From contig OZ316891.1 in assembly GCA_973895155.1 (NCBI GenBank), positions 30,511,112 to 30,575,111 of the forward strand: a stretch of DNA of 64,000 nt, read 5' to 3'. The stretch comes from Marsupella aquatica (taxonomy: Eukaryota > Plantae > Marchantiophyta). The notes beneath the pieces are model-generated. The model did no database searches and had not been told where the DNA came from. It worked only from the letters and a program-made list of their open reading frames with translations. A program made the position numbers and the translations under genes. Of this stretch, positions 34,401 through 47,639 are shown in pieces (within the stretch, counting starts at the first letter, position 1; each line of letters opens with the position of its first letter).

Positions 34401-36314
34401 TGCCGGGTTGTCAATTTGCCGCTCTCAAACGCCCAGTTTGACGGGCAAGGTCAAACCGGGCCCGGGAATGGAGTGCGGCATAGCACTGTACCATTGTACG
34501 TAGGTACAGGACTGTCCTGTAGTAATCATCGTAGTGGAATGCACGTACGTACCATCCTACGGTATGGTATGGTATCACTGTAGTCTGTAGTCTGTAGCCC
34601 TGTCGGAGACGTTTGCGGGCGCGTCCACTTGTCCAGTTTGATCCGTGTAAATAAAGGTGAACAGGTGACCACGTAAGTTCGTGCAGTTACTGGCGGTAAG
34701 TTTTTCGTGCAAGTTGCAATTGGCATCAATTGGGCGCGCTCTCGTCTCATCGCCCCTTCGCCCCCTGCGCCCCGCCTTCTCGCCTGTCGTCCAGTCCGGT
34801 GCGCCCCCTCCTCCACTTCGGCCTTTTTGCTCGCTCAGCACGTCGACGCTCATTCTCGTCCGACGATGATGATTTTGCTCGCGAAATCATCGAGCAAACG
34901 AGTAGAGTGGTGAGGCTGGAGTGCGCTCTGCCAGCTCGCGTTGAATGGGGATTGATTCGTCGTTTTCGACGGATTGATGACTGCGGAATCCGTGGGGGTC
35001 GCTCCAACGCCGGGAGGAATTTTTTTGGCGCCACTTCGGATGCTGCAGAGCGCAGTTTGACGGCGGATAGGCGCGTGAGGGCGAGTGTGGTTGTGAAATG
35101 GGGTGCTGATGGATGGGTGGAGGTTGGGAATTCCGTCTGTTTGGATTGTGTGTTTGGATGGGTTGATGCATTTTGGGGAGCGTGCCTGACCGGTCCAGCA
35201 GGGATGGTGGTGGGAGGGTGGAAGCTGTCTTGACTGAGTGACTGAGTGACTGACTATTTTGATGCTGTAGGATCGTTCTTGAGTGCGGATTGTCGTTCAC
35301 TTCGGCGAGGGGGGTGAGCTCGCGAGCGAGTTGATGATGCTGCAAGACGGCTGCTGTGAAGAAATGAAGATGCATTGGTGCTGATGTGGGGATTTTCATG
35401 TCCCAAGGTTGTTAGTTCATGGATTCCGTCCTATAGTAGATCACAGAAGCGGTGGCATTGCTTGACTGGAATGGCGATGAGATTCGAGCTCGGATTATAA
35501 GAGTCTGGCAGGCGTTGCTGTGAGCTGTCGGCGGTAGTCGTAGCTGTAGCTGTTAACGTCGGGATTTTTAAAATCCAGCCAGCCGACTCTTCATTGGTCG
35601 ATAGTTTTGCAGGTTGGAATGATGGATGGTGATACCTACTGTTGAGATCAGCTGTCCCTAGGAACCATTTTGCCGAAGGATCAAGCTGCACTTAGTCGGG
35701 GGTTGAACAGGTTGGTAGGGAAGAGTGTATGCAGGGCTCAAAGGAGGTTCTGCTCGTGTTACTTCCAGTAATCGTTTTCTCCTGCATTCCTTCGGAGTCG
35801 ATGTCAGCTGTCTAGCAGCGTTTACAGCGGACGGTGTTGGTGCCAAAACGTGGATGGGGACGTTTGAAAGTGCTGAAAGGCGGCTATCAAAGATGTGGAT
35901 GGGTGAGGATCGTTAACATCAACTGGAGATGGTTCGCTGCTGATGCATCTGTTTGCTTGAGGGGAGGAGCACCCGATGTTATTAGTGTGTACTGTCATCG
36001 CCATTTGGTCTCGGCTTCCAACCAGGTGAAGTGGAAATGGACATATATCATGGACTGGAAAGTTACAAAAGTTTGTCAGGGAGGAATCCGGTCACATAGT
36101 TAGGGCAGCCAGCCTCCTGGGATTGGGAGGGAGGGTGATTGGGTCGAAGGAAGAAAGGAGGGGTACATGGCGATGGTGCTGGAAGCGATGTGCGGTGGTG
36201 AGGAGACGGGGCTCTGTGGTATTTTAGGACTATGTGGTGGTGGTCAAGCAGTATGTATCAGAAGGGGGGAGACACCGTTTCCCGGATGAGCGGGAGGAAG
36301 ATTTCACGGCGGGA

Positions 36315-39300
36315 ATGGAAGGGCTGCGCGGGGTGGTGCCGTCATGCTGCCCCGGGGTCCCAGGAGTCTTGATCGGCTCAGCGCTTTCAGCAGGCAGTGG
36401 AAGGTTCCTGCACAATGCATTCGTGCTGCCGAAGGACCAAGTTGAGGTGATTAAAGACCAAAAGGAGATTTTGCTCCGTAACAACAGTGACCATGCGGTG
36501 CACATTCCTTCAGATCAGGAAGGCGGCCCTGACCACCACCACTCTAGTAACGGGAAGGATTCCGCAGGTGATTCCACAGGTGACGATGAAGATGAGGATG
36601 GAACCAAGCCACAGGGGTGCACTGGAAGCTGTCACTGCCAGTTACAGCTTCCCGGAATGGCCTGCATTCGGAGAGTTGGAGGACGTATCGTCCAGGGCAT
36701 CGTGTGGGATCCACTCCTTACCAAGCGGATCTTAGTCATGGTACATCCGCTTCACCTCAAATTTCGCATTTGTCCTCTCAACCATTCAATAAGCCATTGC
36801 AGGTGAAAAATTCCTCGATTTGTCTCTAACCATTATCTCCCCAACCTGCTTGAATATAACTGCACGCTACAGTTCGGCCCAATCGCATGCCGCGACCAAG
36901 CAACGTTTAGACCGTGCTGTTGTCGAAATGGGGAAAGATCGCTCCTTTTGTCTGTTAAAGTGAGATATACCCCTTTGTGTTGACTTTCGCTCGGAATCCC
37001 TGTCATTCAATCTACGGAGGACGGTGATTCCGGATTGATTATTGTTCCGGGCGCCGGGGTCTTCTCCCTAACTTAGCCAGCTGAACTGAGAAATCCATCT
37101 CGTCTGGCGAACGGAGCCAGCTGCAGTAGAATTGAGATTACAGGTCGGAGACGGCGTGTATGTGTAGACTGTGCACGAAGCGAGCCCAAAGTGGCCGATT
37201 TCTGCTGTCTTTCGAGGAGAATGCCTAACAACAGCTCGAAGCCCACGGGGTGAATACGCGTGTGACTGTTCTCACGTGATTAGATCTAGGAACACGTCGG
37301 GATCGTATAAGGAATTTGAATATGTAATAGTTTTCTAGCCGGAATCCGCCCCATGGTTCTGTGCGGCGGACGGAATCACACTTCTGTGGTCTTTTGAACG
37401 TGTCTGTTCCGATTCCCTCGTCTTTTCTCTCCGGCAAGTCATCACTTGTCCAGAGATCACGGCAATCACATACAGATTGATGGTGTACCTCCACAGTTGC
37501 GGTTATCCGTAACTTCTTCGTCGAAACCATCTGACTGAATTAGTGTCATGTTTATCCCAATGGCGGAGTCGTTTATCGTGCAGCCGAGGGATTCTTAGCC
37601 TTGTTTTCGTTTTTCTGGCTAAGTATGGAGTTTGTATGGCATGATTTTGTGGAGAAGTCACGTTGACCCGTCAATTTCATTCACTTACTTAAATGTCATG
37701 CACGTGCCGGCAACGCAGGTTATTCTCGCAATCATTATAACGACGATGACTGTACTGACGTGGTATTTCTCAATAAAATATACTGAAAGGTCAGTCGGTA
37801 TTGTTGCGGATGCTTTGCGGAACAACCTAGTCGAAAGAGCGGATGCTACCACCAATGCACTCCTTCGGAATGTTAATTTATCATCCACAGCGTTGGCAAG
37901 GCTCCTGAGTTCACCGCTCATTCCTGGCAATTATTCGTCATTTACGACGTTGGAAGAGCAGGTTGGTGCATTGCTGTTGCCCTCCTCACTACCGGCGTTC
38001 TTATTCAATAATGTGAAGCTGTATGAAATTCTGTGTTTCAGTTCCTTATCATAGTTGTCTGAAAGTTACGACTCTGCGTTTGATCATGTCTCAAAGCTTC
38101 CGTCCGATGAAAGCTCTGTTGACATCTTGAAGGATGTTCAATATGTCCCTGATGATCGGACACAGTTCTACATTATTTAGAAAAGATACGAAGGAGAGTG
38201 AGAACCTAGGAAATCTGTTGAAAACTGGAACAGTTCTTTAACACTACTTAGAAAGATGCCAAGCGGAATGAGAATCTAGGATATAGGATCGCTGAAGACG
38301 TCTTCTCTTTTTCTTTTGTTGCATGAATGCTTACTATGGAACTCATACGTGGGGTTTTGCGTCAGGTGAGGCCAATTCTTTTCTCGGCATACTCGGTCAT
38401 TCCTAACAAAAATCTGGTTTCCTTCTTTGGGAAAAATGGATTATGTATCGCATATACATCGGAATTTGGCGGTGCATCAATGAGTTTTGCGAATTTCACT
38501 TACCTTCATCCGGAGGTAAGCAACACCTCTGCTGTCCCCGCGGACATTCCGTGGAGAACAGGGGAAAATCTAAGGGTAACTCGCCCGTGGTATAAATGGT
38601 ATCGGCAGTCAGCAGATATTTCAACTGGATTGCCAACTGGAGCAGCGAGTTCCATATCACCGATACCATATTGGGCAGAAAATATTTTTAACAACACCTG
38701 GAGTACAGGACAAGCAGATTCGTGGGGGTTATTATCATCGCAAAGCAATGATCTTTTTATCCTCTCCTTGTCAGCCGTGAAGCAGGAGTCCGATTTAGAT
38801 GCAGTCGGTGTTGCTGGAGTCGGGTTTTCCGTTTCTGAGATAGGCAAGTTGATCGATGACATCAATGTCGAAGGAGGAGACATATATGTCACCACTGTAG
38901 ACGGAAAGCTACTGGTTCAGACGAAAGTGCCAGTCAATTACGAAATTGATAGTAAGCTGGGAACTCCATTGCTGCCCAGCGCTGCCATGTCCAACAACTC
39001 AGTGGTGGAAGGGGCTGCGAGATATTTAGCTTCAGTCCCCGGTAGAAATGCAACACAATCGTATCAAGCGAATAACGTCAAAATTGGGGGAAGAGATTAT
39101 GTGCTGAACAGCTCTCCTGTTGAGATTTCGCAGACCACCTTGGTAACAAATCCCGAGCTTGTAATTTTTTTCATTCTGCGACAACTATCGATATGGCTTA
39201 TGTGTAATACGATGACTGGGACTTTGTCTGTTCCTAGTGGGTGACGAATGTCCAGACTGACAAGGGATTATAGAGTTTGCGGGTAGTTTTTTTGGATTAA

Positions 39301-42300
39301 TTTCGGTGTAGCAGCTGTACTGGTGTGTTTGGTTTTGATGCTGAAGTCCATATCTGAACGGCTGTTGATGCTCACAGGTCTGTGTTATTCTAATACCACG
39401 TAATAGCCTCTGGGGAATGAGTGACAAAAGGAGCCACGTTGTATTCGCATTGCTATTGACGCTGTCTCTCAGCGTGGGTTTACTAGGCTGTTTCTTCATC
39501 GTCCTTCTGACAAGGGGAATCAGTTCCGAAATGCGCTTACGAGCAGCAATTATTAAACAGTTGGAGGCTACTAAGGAAGCTGAGAATAAAAGCAGTCATA
39601 AGAGCATCATGTTTGCCAGTATGAGTCATGATCTTCGGACGCCTCTCGCCGCTATCTTGGGTCTCATTGACCTTTGTCTCTGTGATGCTATGGAGTCATC
39701 TGAACTGGAGTCAAATCTCTCCCAGATGAAGTCATGTGCTACCAATCTTCTAGGTTGGTTTCCTCTTTACTTCTGGAGAGCTGAAGATGTCCTGTATTAT
39801 TCGAAGGAATCTTTACAAATTTTGCGTCTCGTTGTGTTTTGCACCAACAGTTGAGAGAACTTTGTCTGCCACTTTCGAGTGAAGAGACAGCTGGTAACGA
39901 ATTCTTGACAGGATTTGACATCTTAGTTAGTCTTCGTAGTACGGCCTTATCTCCTAAGTATTCGGCATTCCTGACATTTGATTTGTGTGGACAGATATTC
40001 TCAATTCAATTTTGGACATGAGTAAAATTGAAGCGGGGAAGCTTGAATTGGAAGAATCGGAATTCGATCTCTTGGAGGTTCTTGAAGAAGCAGTGGAAAT
40101 GTTCGCCGTGGTGGGCATGATCAAAGGACTTGACGTTGTTCTAGACCTTCCAGACGACTCTATCGAAACGTCACCAATGGTCTTGGGTGATCCTGGTCGA
40201 GTTAAGCAGCTTCTGTCTAACCTGCTAAGCAATGGAGTGAAATTCACAAATTCTGGCCATGTGGTGTTGCGGGCGTGGCGAAAACCAAATATCCAAGCTG
40301 ATGTGGGTACTGGTGAGGATAACAGGAAGGGATTTTATCGATTTTTTTGGAGCTGGTGCTCCTGGTGCTCCAGCAGGCAAGTGAGGGCCTGCAACAGGCA
40401 CATAGAAGGCGACAGTAGTCTTTCAAATTACAGTGTGGACATTGTGGACTATGAATTCGAAGTTGATGATACAGGAAAAGGTATTCCACGCAGTAGATGG
40501 AACGCAGTTTTTGAAAATTTTGTGCAGGTGGACAACTCAGTCCCGAGAACTCACGGTGGTACAGGACTTGGGCTTGGCATTGTCAGATCACTGGTGAGAT
40601 TCATATTCCAGCAGCATTTGCTTCTGTAGAGTGAATGCTTTAAGTTAGGAGGTTCGTGTCTTGCAGTGTGACGAAATCACACACGGGGCAGAAGGGAGAC
40701 ATTCCTGTTAGCCTGTCTCCTTTTTTAATCCATGGATGTTTGCCTGTTTAAACTTTCAAAACCTCTTGACATACTCATGCTAGGTGGGAGGATGTCGCTG
40801 AGGTTTGGATTATCACTATTCTGCCTCATAAGTTTGTCGAACTTTGGATTATGACTGACTTATCTCACTCGCGCACGCTCGTTAATCTAACTTTCAGGTA
40901 CGACTAATGGGTGGCGATATCAACGTTGTTGAAAAGGACGAACCGGGAGAGCCTGGCGCCCGCTTCAGATTTAACCTTCTACTTCAAGTGAATCGGGGCT
41001 CCATGGCTAACACTAATGCAGAGTCTGGGTATACGGAGGACTTTAAATCCAAATCTCTAAACAGGGAATCTGACCCTGTAAGACTCGCAGAGATTGGCAC
41101 CAGTCGACCTATCAGTGGACCAGTGGGTGGACCAGTGAGTGGCTTCAGCTCTGAAGTTCCAGCGGCATCGCAACCACTGGAAATTTCTCCATACTGTTAC
41201 AGTGCTAGACAGGTAGAAGGTGTGCATGTGCTGCTCGCCATGCAAGGGCAGGCAGGAAAGAAGGCTGCAAAGCAGTGGATGGAGCGTCACGGCTTACAGG
41301 TGTGGACAGTTAGTCATGAAGACGAGTTCTTGCCCACCTTGGAGAAAATCAAGTTTGAGGTGTTCTGCGACGAGAGCTTTTATTGCCCAGAATGTTTGGA
41401 GATATCTCCTGGAGAGCAAGGTTTTGAGACCTGGGGGCCTGATAATCCCATTCAACCATCTGAACACGAGCTCACGGCAATTCCCAGTAGTAGGAAGATG
41501 TCTGTTGAAAAGTCCGGGCCTCGACTTTTACTTGTTATCGATGTAGCTATGGTTTCTAGTTTCTTAGAAAGCCTTAGTGTCAGCTTGCAAAGTGCCCTGA
41601 CACAAGGAGACATGAATTCCCTATCAAAGGTTGTTTGGTTGGTCACACCGAACACTCCGAGCGTTATTCTCCAAACATTAAAGCAGGGCACACTGCCTTG
41701 TGATCTTATGCTGCACAAACCCCTTAATGTCTCACGATTAAGAATTATCTGGGACCATGTTATTCAAAATAGAGAGCTTGGTAATACCGGTCAGAACACC
41801 GTAAGTTATGTTGGGAGTCCGCTTGGTGACTTCCAGGGAATAGCTCCCCCTCCTAGCCCAATGAATCATGGAGCATCTCAAAGGGATCCCCCGGACGACC
41901 CTAGTGGAGAATTGTTCACTGGAAAATCTGGTGGAGATGAACGCGCAGATATACATCAAGGGATGAACAAGTTATCGACGCCCCCTGCGACTGCTGACAC
42001 ATCAACAGATTCTGCAAATACGGACACGCAACCTCTTGTTCAGACCTGGAGTAGTCCTAGTCCTGATGTTGGACCATTTCCAAGGATCAGATCTAGGGAA
42101 AGCAACATAATGGGGCCGCCCAATTCCTTGAAAGGAATGCACATTCTTGTAGCTGAAGATAATCCGGTGTTACAAAGACTCACCAAAACAACACTGGTCC
42201 GGCTTGGGGCAAGTGTGGAGTGTGTTGACAACGGCCTGGAGGCAGCTCAGTTGGTCCTAGCCAACTTACCCAGGAAGGGGTCCAGTCGATCCGCCTCATT

Positions 42301-42949
42301 TGGGAGTCTTAGGAGAGTCAGAAGTATCTCAAGGGATCAGATCGAAGAAGAAAATCCGCCTCTTACAAAGCGACCCTTCGACATGGTTCTGATGGATTGT
42401 CAGGTGAACACTCTTATCGTCGTTATCTACGGACTGTCGTGAAGCTCCTCTCTTTGCGTTGAGAATCCAACATGTCCATTTTAGTTAGAATTATTGTGGA
42501 GCATAGACTTAAAATTTAAGTTCTCGAGAAGTTTGTAAGACTATAATTTACGTCCTATCTGCTCTGTGTCCAATTACACTCCAAAGATTTGTCAGACCAC
42601 GATTTTTTGTTTGCTTTTGGACTGGATAAGGTAGGATTGAACGTGTCTTGCAATAGATCTGTGATGTGCTCCATAACTCTTACCCGTTGCGGTCTAACGC
42701 GAGTGTTCTTCGATCTGTGCTCAGATGCCCGTGCTTGATGGATATGGAGCGACCCAACAGATTCGAGAGCAGGAGAAGCTTTTAGGATGGCGCACACCTG
42801 TTATCGCCCTCACTGCGCATGCAATGTCGAAGGATGAGAGCAAGTGTATAGAAGCAGGCATGGATTTTTACCTTACCAAGCCCCTTGCCACCAAAGCCTT
42901 GCTGACTGTGGTGGCCAGGATAAATGCCAATGCAAACAAGCAGAGCTAA
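36315..42949 (+). CDS. CKI1: CKI1-like membrane hybrid histidine kinase; exons approx 36315-36802, 37584-37617(?), 37719-37961, 38366-39142, 39378-39753, 39995-40593, 40898-42403, 42725-42949
   Basis: Two TM segments flank an extracellular domain. HisKA FASMSHDLRTPLAAILG; HATPase NLLSNGVKFT, VDDTGKGI, FVQVD, GGTGLGLGIV; degenerate receiver-like domain; receiver ILVAEDN..LMDCQ/MPVLDG..ALTAHAM..YLTKP. Splice phases are consistent from 37719 onward. The 5' exons are less certain. Confidence 0.88.
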
Positions 42950-45322
42950 CCACGCGCTATCCATTCCCGCCAACACGGTGGAAGGAAATTTGAGATACTA
43001 CATCACATGTATAGAAAATGTTGGATGAATTAGTATGGGCCCAAATGCTGGGTTCAGGAAATGTTGCACGCCCTAGGTTAACCATTCAAAGTGGAAGTCA
43101 TATGATGGATGCACAGAGTATACGGGTGGGACTTGGTAAGGAAAGGCGGAATTCTGATCCACCTTGAACTAGGGTATTTTATTTCCGTGATGAAGTTTTG
43201 GAGGCCTCTGAAGTAAAAACTCCATACCTTAGGTGGTTGGTCTCAGATCCCAGCCAGAGTGAAACTGTAATCACCGCCATTTCATTCGTTTGGAATAGGC
43301 GGACGGCTTTAGATTCCATGTAATTGTTAGCAGAGAGCGAGGGATGCATGCCTTTATTGTTAAAGGCAAATTTAACTGATGTCATGAATTGGACCCCCTC
43401 GGGAGATGATTGTACTTTTTTAACTGTCCTCTCATTTGTGACAATCGCTGCTGTAAAGCATAGCTGTATTGAATCTGCTCAACACGAGTTCCCGTGCCAA
43501 GGGAGCACTGGCGGAGTCATTTGTGGTTCTAGGAACATCACTCAAACGAGTTTGTCCCCTCAAAATTTTGTATATGGGATAGTAGATTACGTCCGTCTAT
43601 CATTTCCAGATGCTGCGATGGGCTTGAGAAGTGAAAAGCTGTAACGTCCAATCGTCCGTCCTCGGTCAATCGTCCTTGTTTATTCTAAAGCCATTCTGCA
43701 CTGAGTCTCGAATTACTTACTTCTAGTGCACACTGCATGTTGTACGTCGCACTGGGTATTCTGCATGCATGCGTCCTCAGCAGTTCTTTCATTGGCTGTG
43801 GCTATCAACATAGTTTGCAGTAGATGGATAAATGTGAGAAGGGAGGTCCAACGAAATTGCGTCATGAAGCTAAATTGTGGGCCCGAAATGTCTCAAAGAT
43901 CCCCGATTGGAATGTAGGTACAGCACTGTGCGGTAAAAAGCATATTGCAAGTTGGGAATGAAACGGCACCCACCTTCTAAATTTGCCCTTTAGTTGGGGC
44001 CCCACCTCCAGCTGTGAGTAGATAAGAAAACGAAAACACAATGCATTAGTCTTGAGCTCTTTGTCAAAAGCTCACGATCGACGTACTACACAGTTGACAA
44101 CTACTTCCTTTTTTTGGTTTGTTTTAAATGCATGCTTACGATAGACGCACAACACAGGTCACAACTACTTCCTCTTTTATTGTTTGTTTCGAAAGCATAC
44201 GCTACTGACCAGTAAGAAGGCCATACGAGAACGAGTCCCAATCTTGACCAGAATGGACCCAACCAATACACATCCTTGGAGAGGGGAGAAAAGTAATACA
44301 GACCTAAACATGCCTGGAGTCACACCTACTTCCAAACTTTTACCCTCAAGAGAGTAATATAAGAACGGAATGGAACAGATAATTAATAAAACTGGTGTAG
44401 TATTGGTGCACAGTCCTTTGTCATGGCTAGGAGAATAGAGCCACATTTAATACAGGTTACAACTAGGTTAAGCCAAACCCAAGAAACTAAATATGTATGA
44501 TCCAAGTGAAAGGAATGCTTAAATACAGTATTTGGCAGCAGAGGGGAATTTATCGATTGGGACTATGATGATGCAAATTAAATAATCATATCAGTGGGGA
44601 GGAGTATGCCACTCCCTTATTAGACTGGTACAGAGTAGGTTTTAATTGCAGCCATTTCGTGAGGTCTGAAAAGGTTCAAAAGAAAAGAAAAAGAGAAACC
44701 ACTTTTGAGTAAGCCGCGTCACTAGTTTGCAGACGGGAATATCCCTGGTTTATATTTTGTATTTTTCCAATACAATTCCTACAACTTCTGAGAAAATGAC
44801 TGAACAATAAATACCATAGAATTATGGATACATGCTCCAAAGACCTGTCTGTTTAACGTGAGAACTCTTATCTCTAATTTTCCCCTTTTTGCACAACAAA
44901 ACTTAAAGTTTCCTTGCACGTGGATCATACAAAATATTGGATAATCAACGGCCACCTCATATTTTCATGGTTGAGAATGTATTTGTCCAGAGAGGTATGA
45001 ACGGATAGACGGACCATAGTGAGGGACATGGAAGGACTGGGGAGAGGACATGAACTCAAAATAAGGGTTCGGGGCAAAGACTGGTTGTAGAGTAACATGA
45101 CACATTGCCTAGGTGCCTCTTGTTCTATTTGGATCTGAGTTTCCAAATGGGATTTGAAGGGGTAAACAAATCGTACTAATTATAGATTTCAAGCTAGGAA
45201 ATCCAAGTAAACATTCGAAGGCTTAAAAGTCACATCCCTCGTATCCTTGTTCTTCGTTTTTTCCGGCCTCCAATATTTTTGAAGTTTACAAATAATTAAA
45301 TTTCCTTCATTTGGGCCATCAA

Positions 45323-45395
45323 GGGGATGTAGCTCAGATGGTAGAGCGCTCGCTTAGCATGCGAGAGGTACGGGGATCGATACCCCGCATCTCCA
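45323..45395 (+). tRNA. trnA-AGC: tRNA-Ala (anticodon AGC)
   Basis: GGGGATGTAGCTCAGATGGTAGAGCGCTCGCTTAGCATGCGAGAGGTACGGGGATCGATACCCCGCATCTCCA, a 73 nt cloverleaf; upstream CAA, downstream T8. Confidence 0.97.
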
Positions 45396-45402
45396 GTTGC
45401 CA

Positions 45403-45410
45403 TTTTTTTT
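45403..45410 (+). terminator. Pol III oligo-T terminator of tRNA-Ala
   Basis: T8 tract 8 nt after the tRNA end. Confidence 0.8.
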
Positions 45411-45757
45411 CTGCTTTGTGAGCTCCAACTTCACCTGCAGTTGAAGAGTTAATTTCCATCAGCTAACACTCTTTTTTGTCTCTGATTTCTGGAGTTGATT
45501 TCGTCGTTTTGCACTCTTCACCTGTATGATTCAGAAGTTGATGGCACCTCAAAGGATGGCTACCTGAAAGCTCCAAGTGCTGTTTTTTCTGCTCTGTGAG
45601 CTCCAACTTCACCTGCAGTTGAAGAGTTGATTTCCATCATCTAATAACACTCCTTTTGTCTCGGATTTCTGGAGTTGATTTCGTCGTTTGTCACTCTTTA
45701 CCTGTATGATTCAGAAGGTGACGGCACCTCAAGGATCGCGAGGATGGCTACCTGAAG
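45405..45757. repeat. Tandem duplication ~175 bp x2 directly downstream of the tRNA
   Basis: ttttttctgct.tgtgagctccaacttcacctgcagttgaagag...ggatggctacctgaa at 45405 and 45583. Confidence 0.85.
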
Positions 45758-47639
45758 GTTGCTAGTTTGAAAGTTGCTAGGGTGAAAGTTTGCTGGCCTT
45801 GTTCGGAGGCTCAAATTCTACACTTTGAGGACTGTCTTTGAAGAATTGCAACAGTCAGTACCTTAGTGCCCCCGATCTTTGATGCGTAAACTTGATGCTG
45901 GAGTCCCACACTCGGACGAATTTTAGGGATGGATTGCCCGAAACATCGAATTGCAGAAACACGGCTGAGGGTAGGGGACGATCGGATTGGAACTAGCTGC
46001 AAGTGCAGAAATTGCCGACTTTTTTTGGGTGGGGTATTACATTCCAGAGCTGCTACAAACTTCAGGCCCATCATATCCAGAATCACAGTGGTCTGAGCCA
46101 AAATGAAGCTCAAACAATTGAAAAGTTAGGAAAAACGGATCTGGTTTGTTCCAATTTCTATCGCAGGGTTTAGGGTTAAAGGTGGACTGAGTTTCTGTTT
46201 CCCCAGTGGCAAATCTGAAAATATGCTGATGAGTTTCTCGCTTATTAGACTACCTGCCATGGGGACAGAAGGCTTCTTCAGTGGTATTCTCTGAGCTGGT
46301 GGGTCCCAAGTACCACATGCACGCTATCGATCTCTTCACCAAGTGATTCAGGGCAAAGATAACAGAATGCCAGGCATTGCTTGTCTTTGGATCTCTAATC
46401 CGGATCCTCGACCATATTCGCTGTTGCAAGTTGCAACCTCCTCAAAGTACTAAAATGTAACGAGCATGAGTGCACTTCTCAAGATTCCCCTAGCATGTCT
46501 TCTCCACTGACACGATAATGCAAGCCCCACAAAGTATTTTCATGGAGGCCATGTCTGTGCCGTAGTACCGAAGTCCTTTTGGAACAATTGCGAGTACCGA
46601 AGTCCTTGTGGAACAATTGTGGGGCCGGCCTGTGGAGTGCAAGATCAAATGGTGATCAAGAAAGAATAATTGATCGGTAAGAAACTTACCAGGTAAGGTA
46701 ACTCAACAAATATAGTCTTTGCGATTTTAAAGTGAAGACTCACAGGATCTTGACTGGATAGATGTTTTCAGGCCCACACGCGGAAACTGCAAAAAGCTAC
46801 GAATCCATATCTCGGTGCTTTCATGTCAGCGGCATGCAAACCCACTGGGATCGACGCTCATTGGTTTGGCATTTGAGTGCACCAGCCCAATCAAATTTAG
46901 CAAAGGCTATCATCATCATGATGCCTGGTCCGTTCCCGATTGGCCGTCCACCACAGTGCGCTGTGTCGAATTCGAGCTACATGGAGCTCTTCCTCAATTA
47001 GTTTGTCGGTGAAGCTATGTGATATCTGCATCCTATGTATGTCTCGAACCTGTTGTTTCCCTTTCTTTTTCTGCTCTGAAAAACCTACAGTATATCTGTG
47101 ACCCTGACCAAACCCAACTCATGTTCCAAGAAGGTTTTTTGGGGCCTCTTCCCCTTCCTTTGCCCCCATTTAATGGGTTGCATTGCCATTGGGACCATGT
47201 CTCACGGTTTGGCATTTTTTCCTTTTAGCATTGTGATATATATTTTTGGTTTGAAACTATTGGTCAACACATTCTCGTGGGTCAAGTGGGCGCCGATGCA
47301 CATTGTGCAAAGCAGTTTTTGGTGCGGATGCCGGTGTGGTGACTGTCCGAGTTGCTGATGGTCATGCTTTGCAGGAACCACAGAATTTTGGTCTGCGACC
47401 TGGCCTGCAACGTCTTGGTCATGGGAAACCTCCAGAAATGAGCTGGTTTGAGATGCCGTAGTAGTGCTCAGCCCATGTCGTAACCCCACCTTCTGTATAT
47501 CTAGAATAGACTAAACAACAATCAAAGACAGTTTTCAACATTTTAATCAAAGTTCCTGGATTAGTACTAACTGAAAACGTATTCACTAGGAACAATGGGA
47601 AATAATGCACAGCTTGCCTACCCCAGCCCCCCCTAAAGT

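Larger units (their letters stand above)
22855..34488 (+). mobile_element. Large (~11.6 kb) hAT-superfamily DNA transposon carrying kinase and RING cargo genes and a hairpin array
   Basis: hAT-like termini CAAGGGCTA... (22855) and ...TAGCACTG (34488), TGAC-rich terminal motifs, GC-rich subterminal repeat blocks at both ends, inverted homologous inner arms, and an intact hAT transposase. No 8 bp TSD was found, so exact ends are uncertain. Confidence 0.8.

Noticed and set aside
22842-34490. TA|CAG...CTG|TA ends suggesting Tc1/mariner
   Set aside because: The encoded transposase is clearly hAT, and the match beyond TACAG is short and likely chance.
33584-34503. Pro-rich and Gly/Glu-rich ORFs (229 aa, 191 aa, etc.)
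   Set aside because: Translations of the CCT microsatellite and CCCGAA repeat arrays.
34526-36230. Multiple short ORFs upstream of CKI1
   Set aside because: Likely promoter or long 5' UTR; no recognisable homology.
46200-47490. Possible degenerate coding relic on the minus strand
   Set aside because: Many stops and no motif I could assign to a family.
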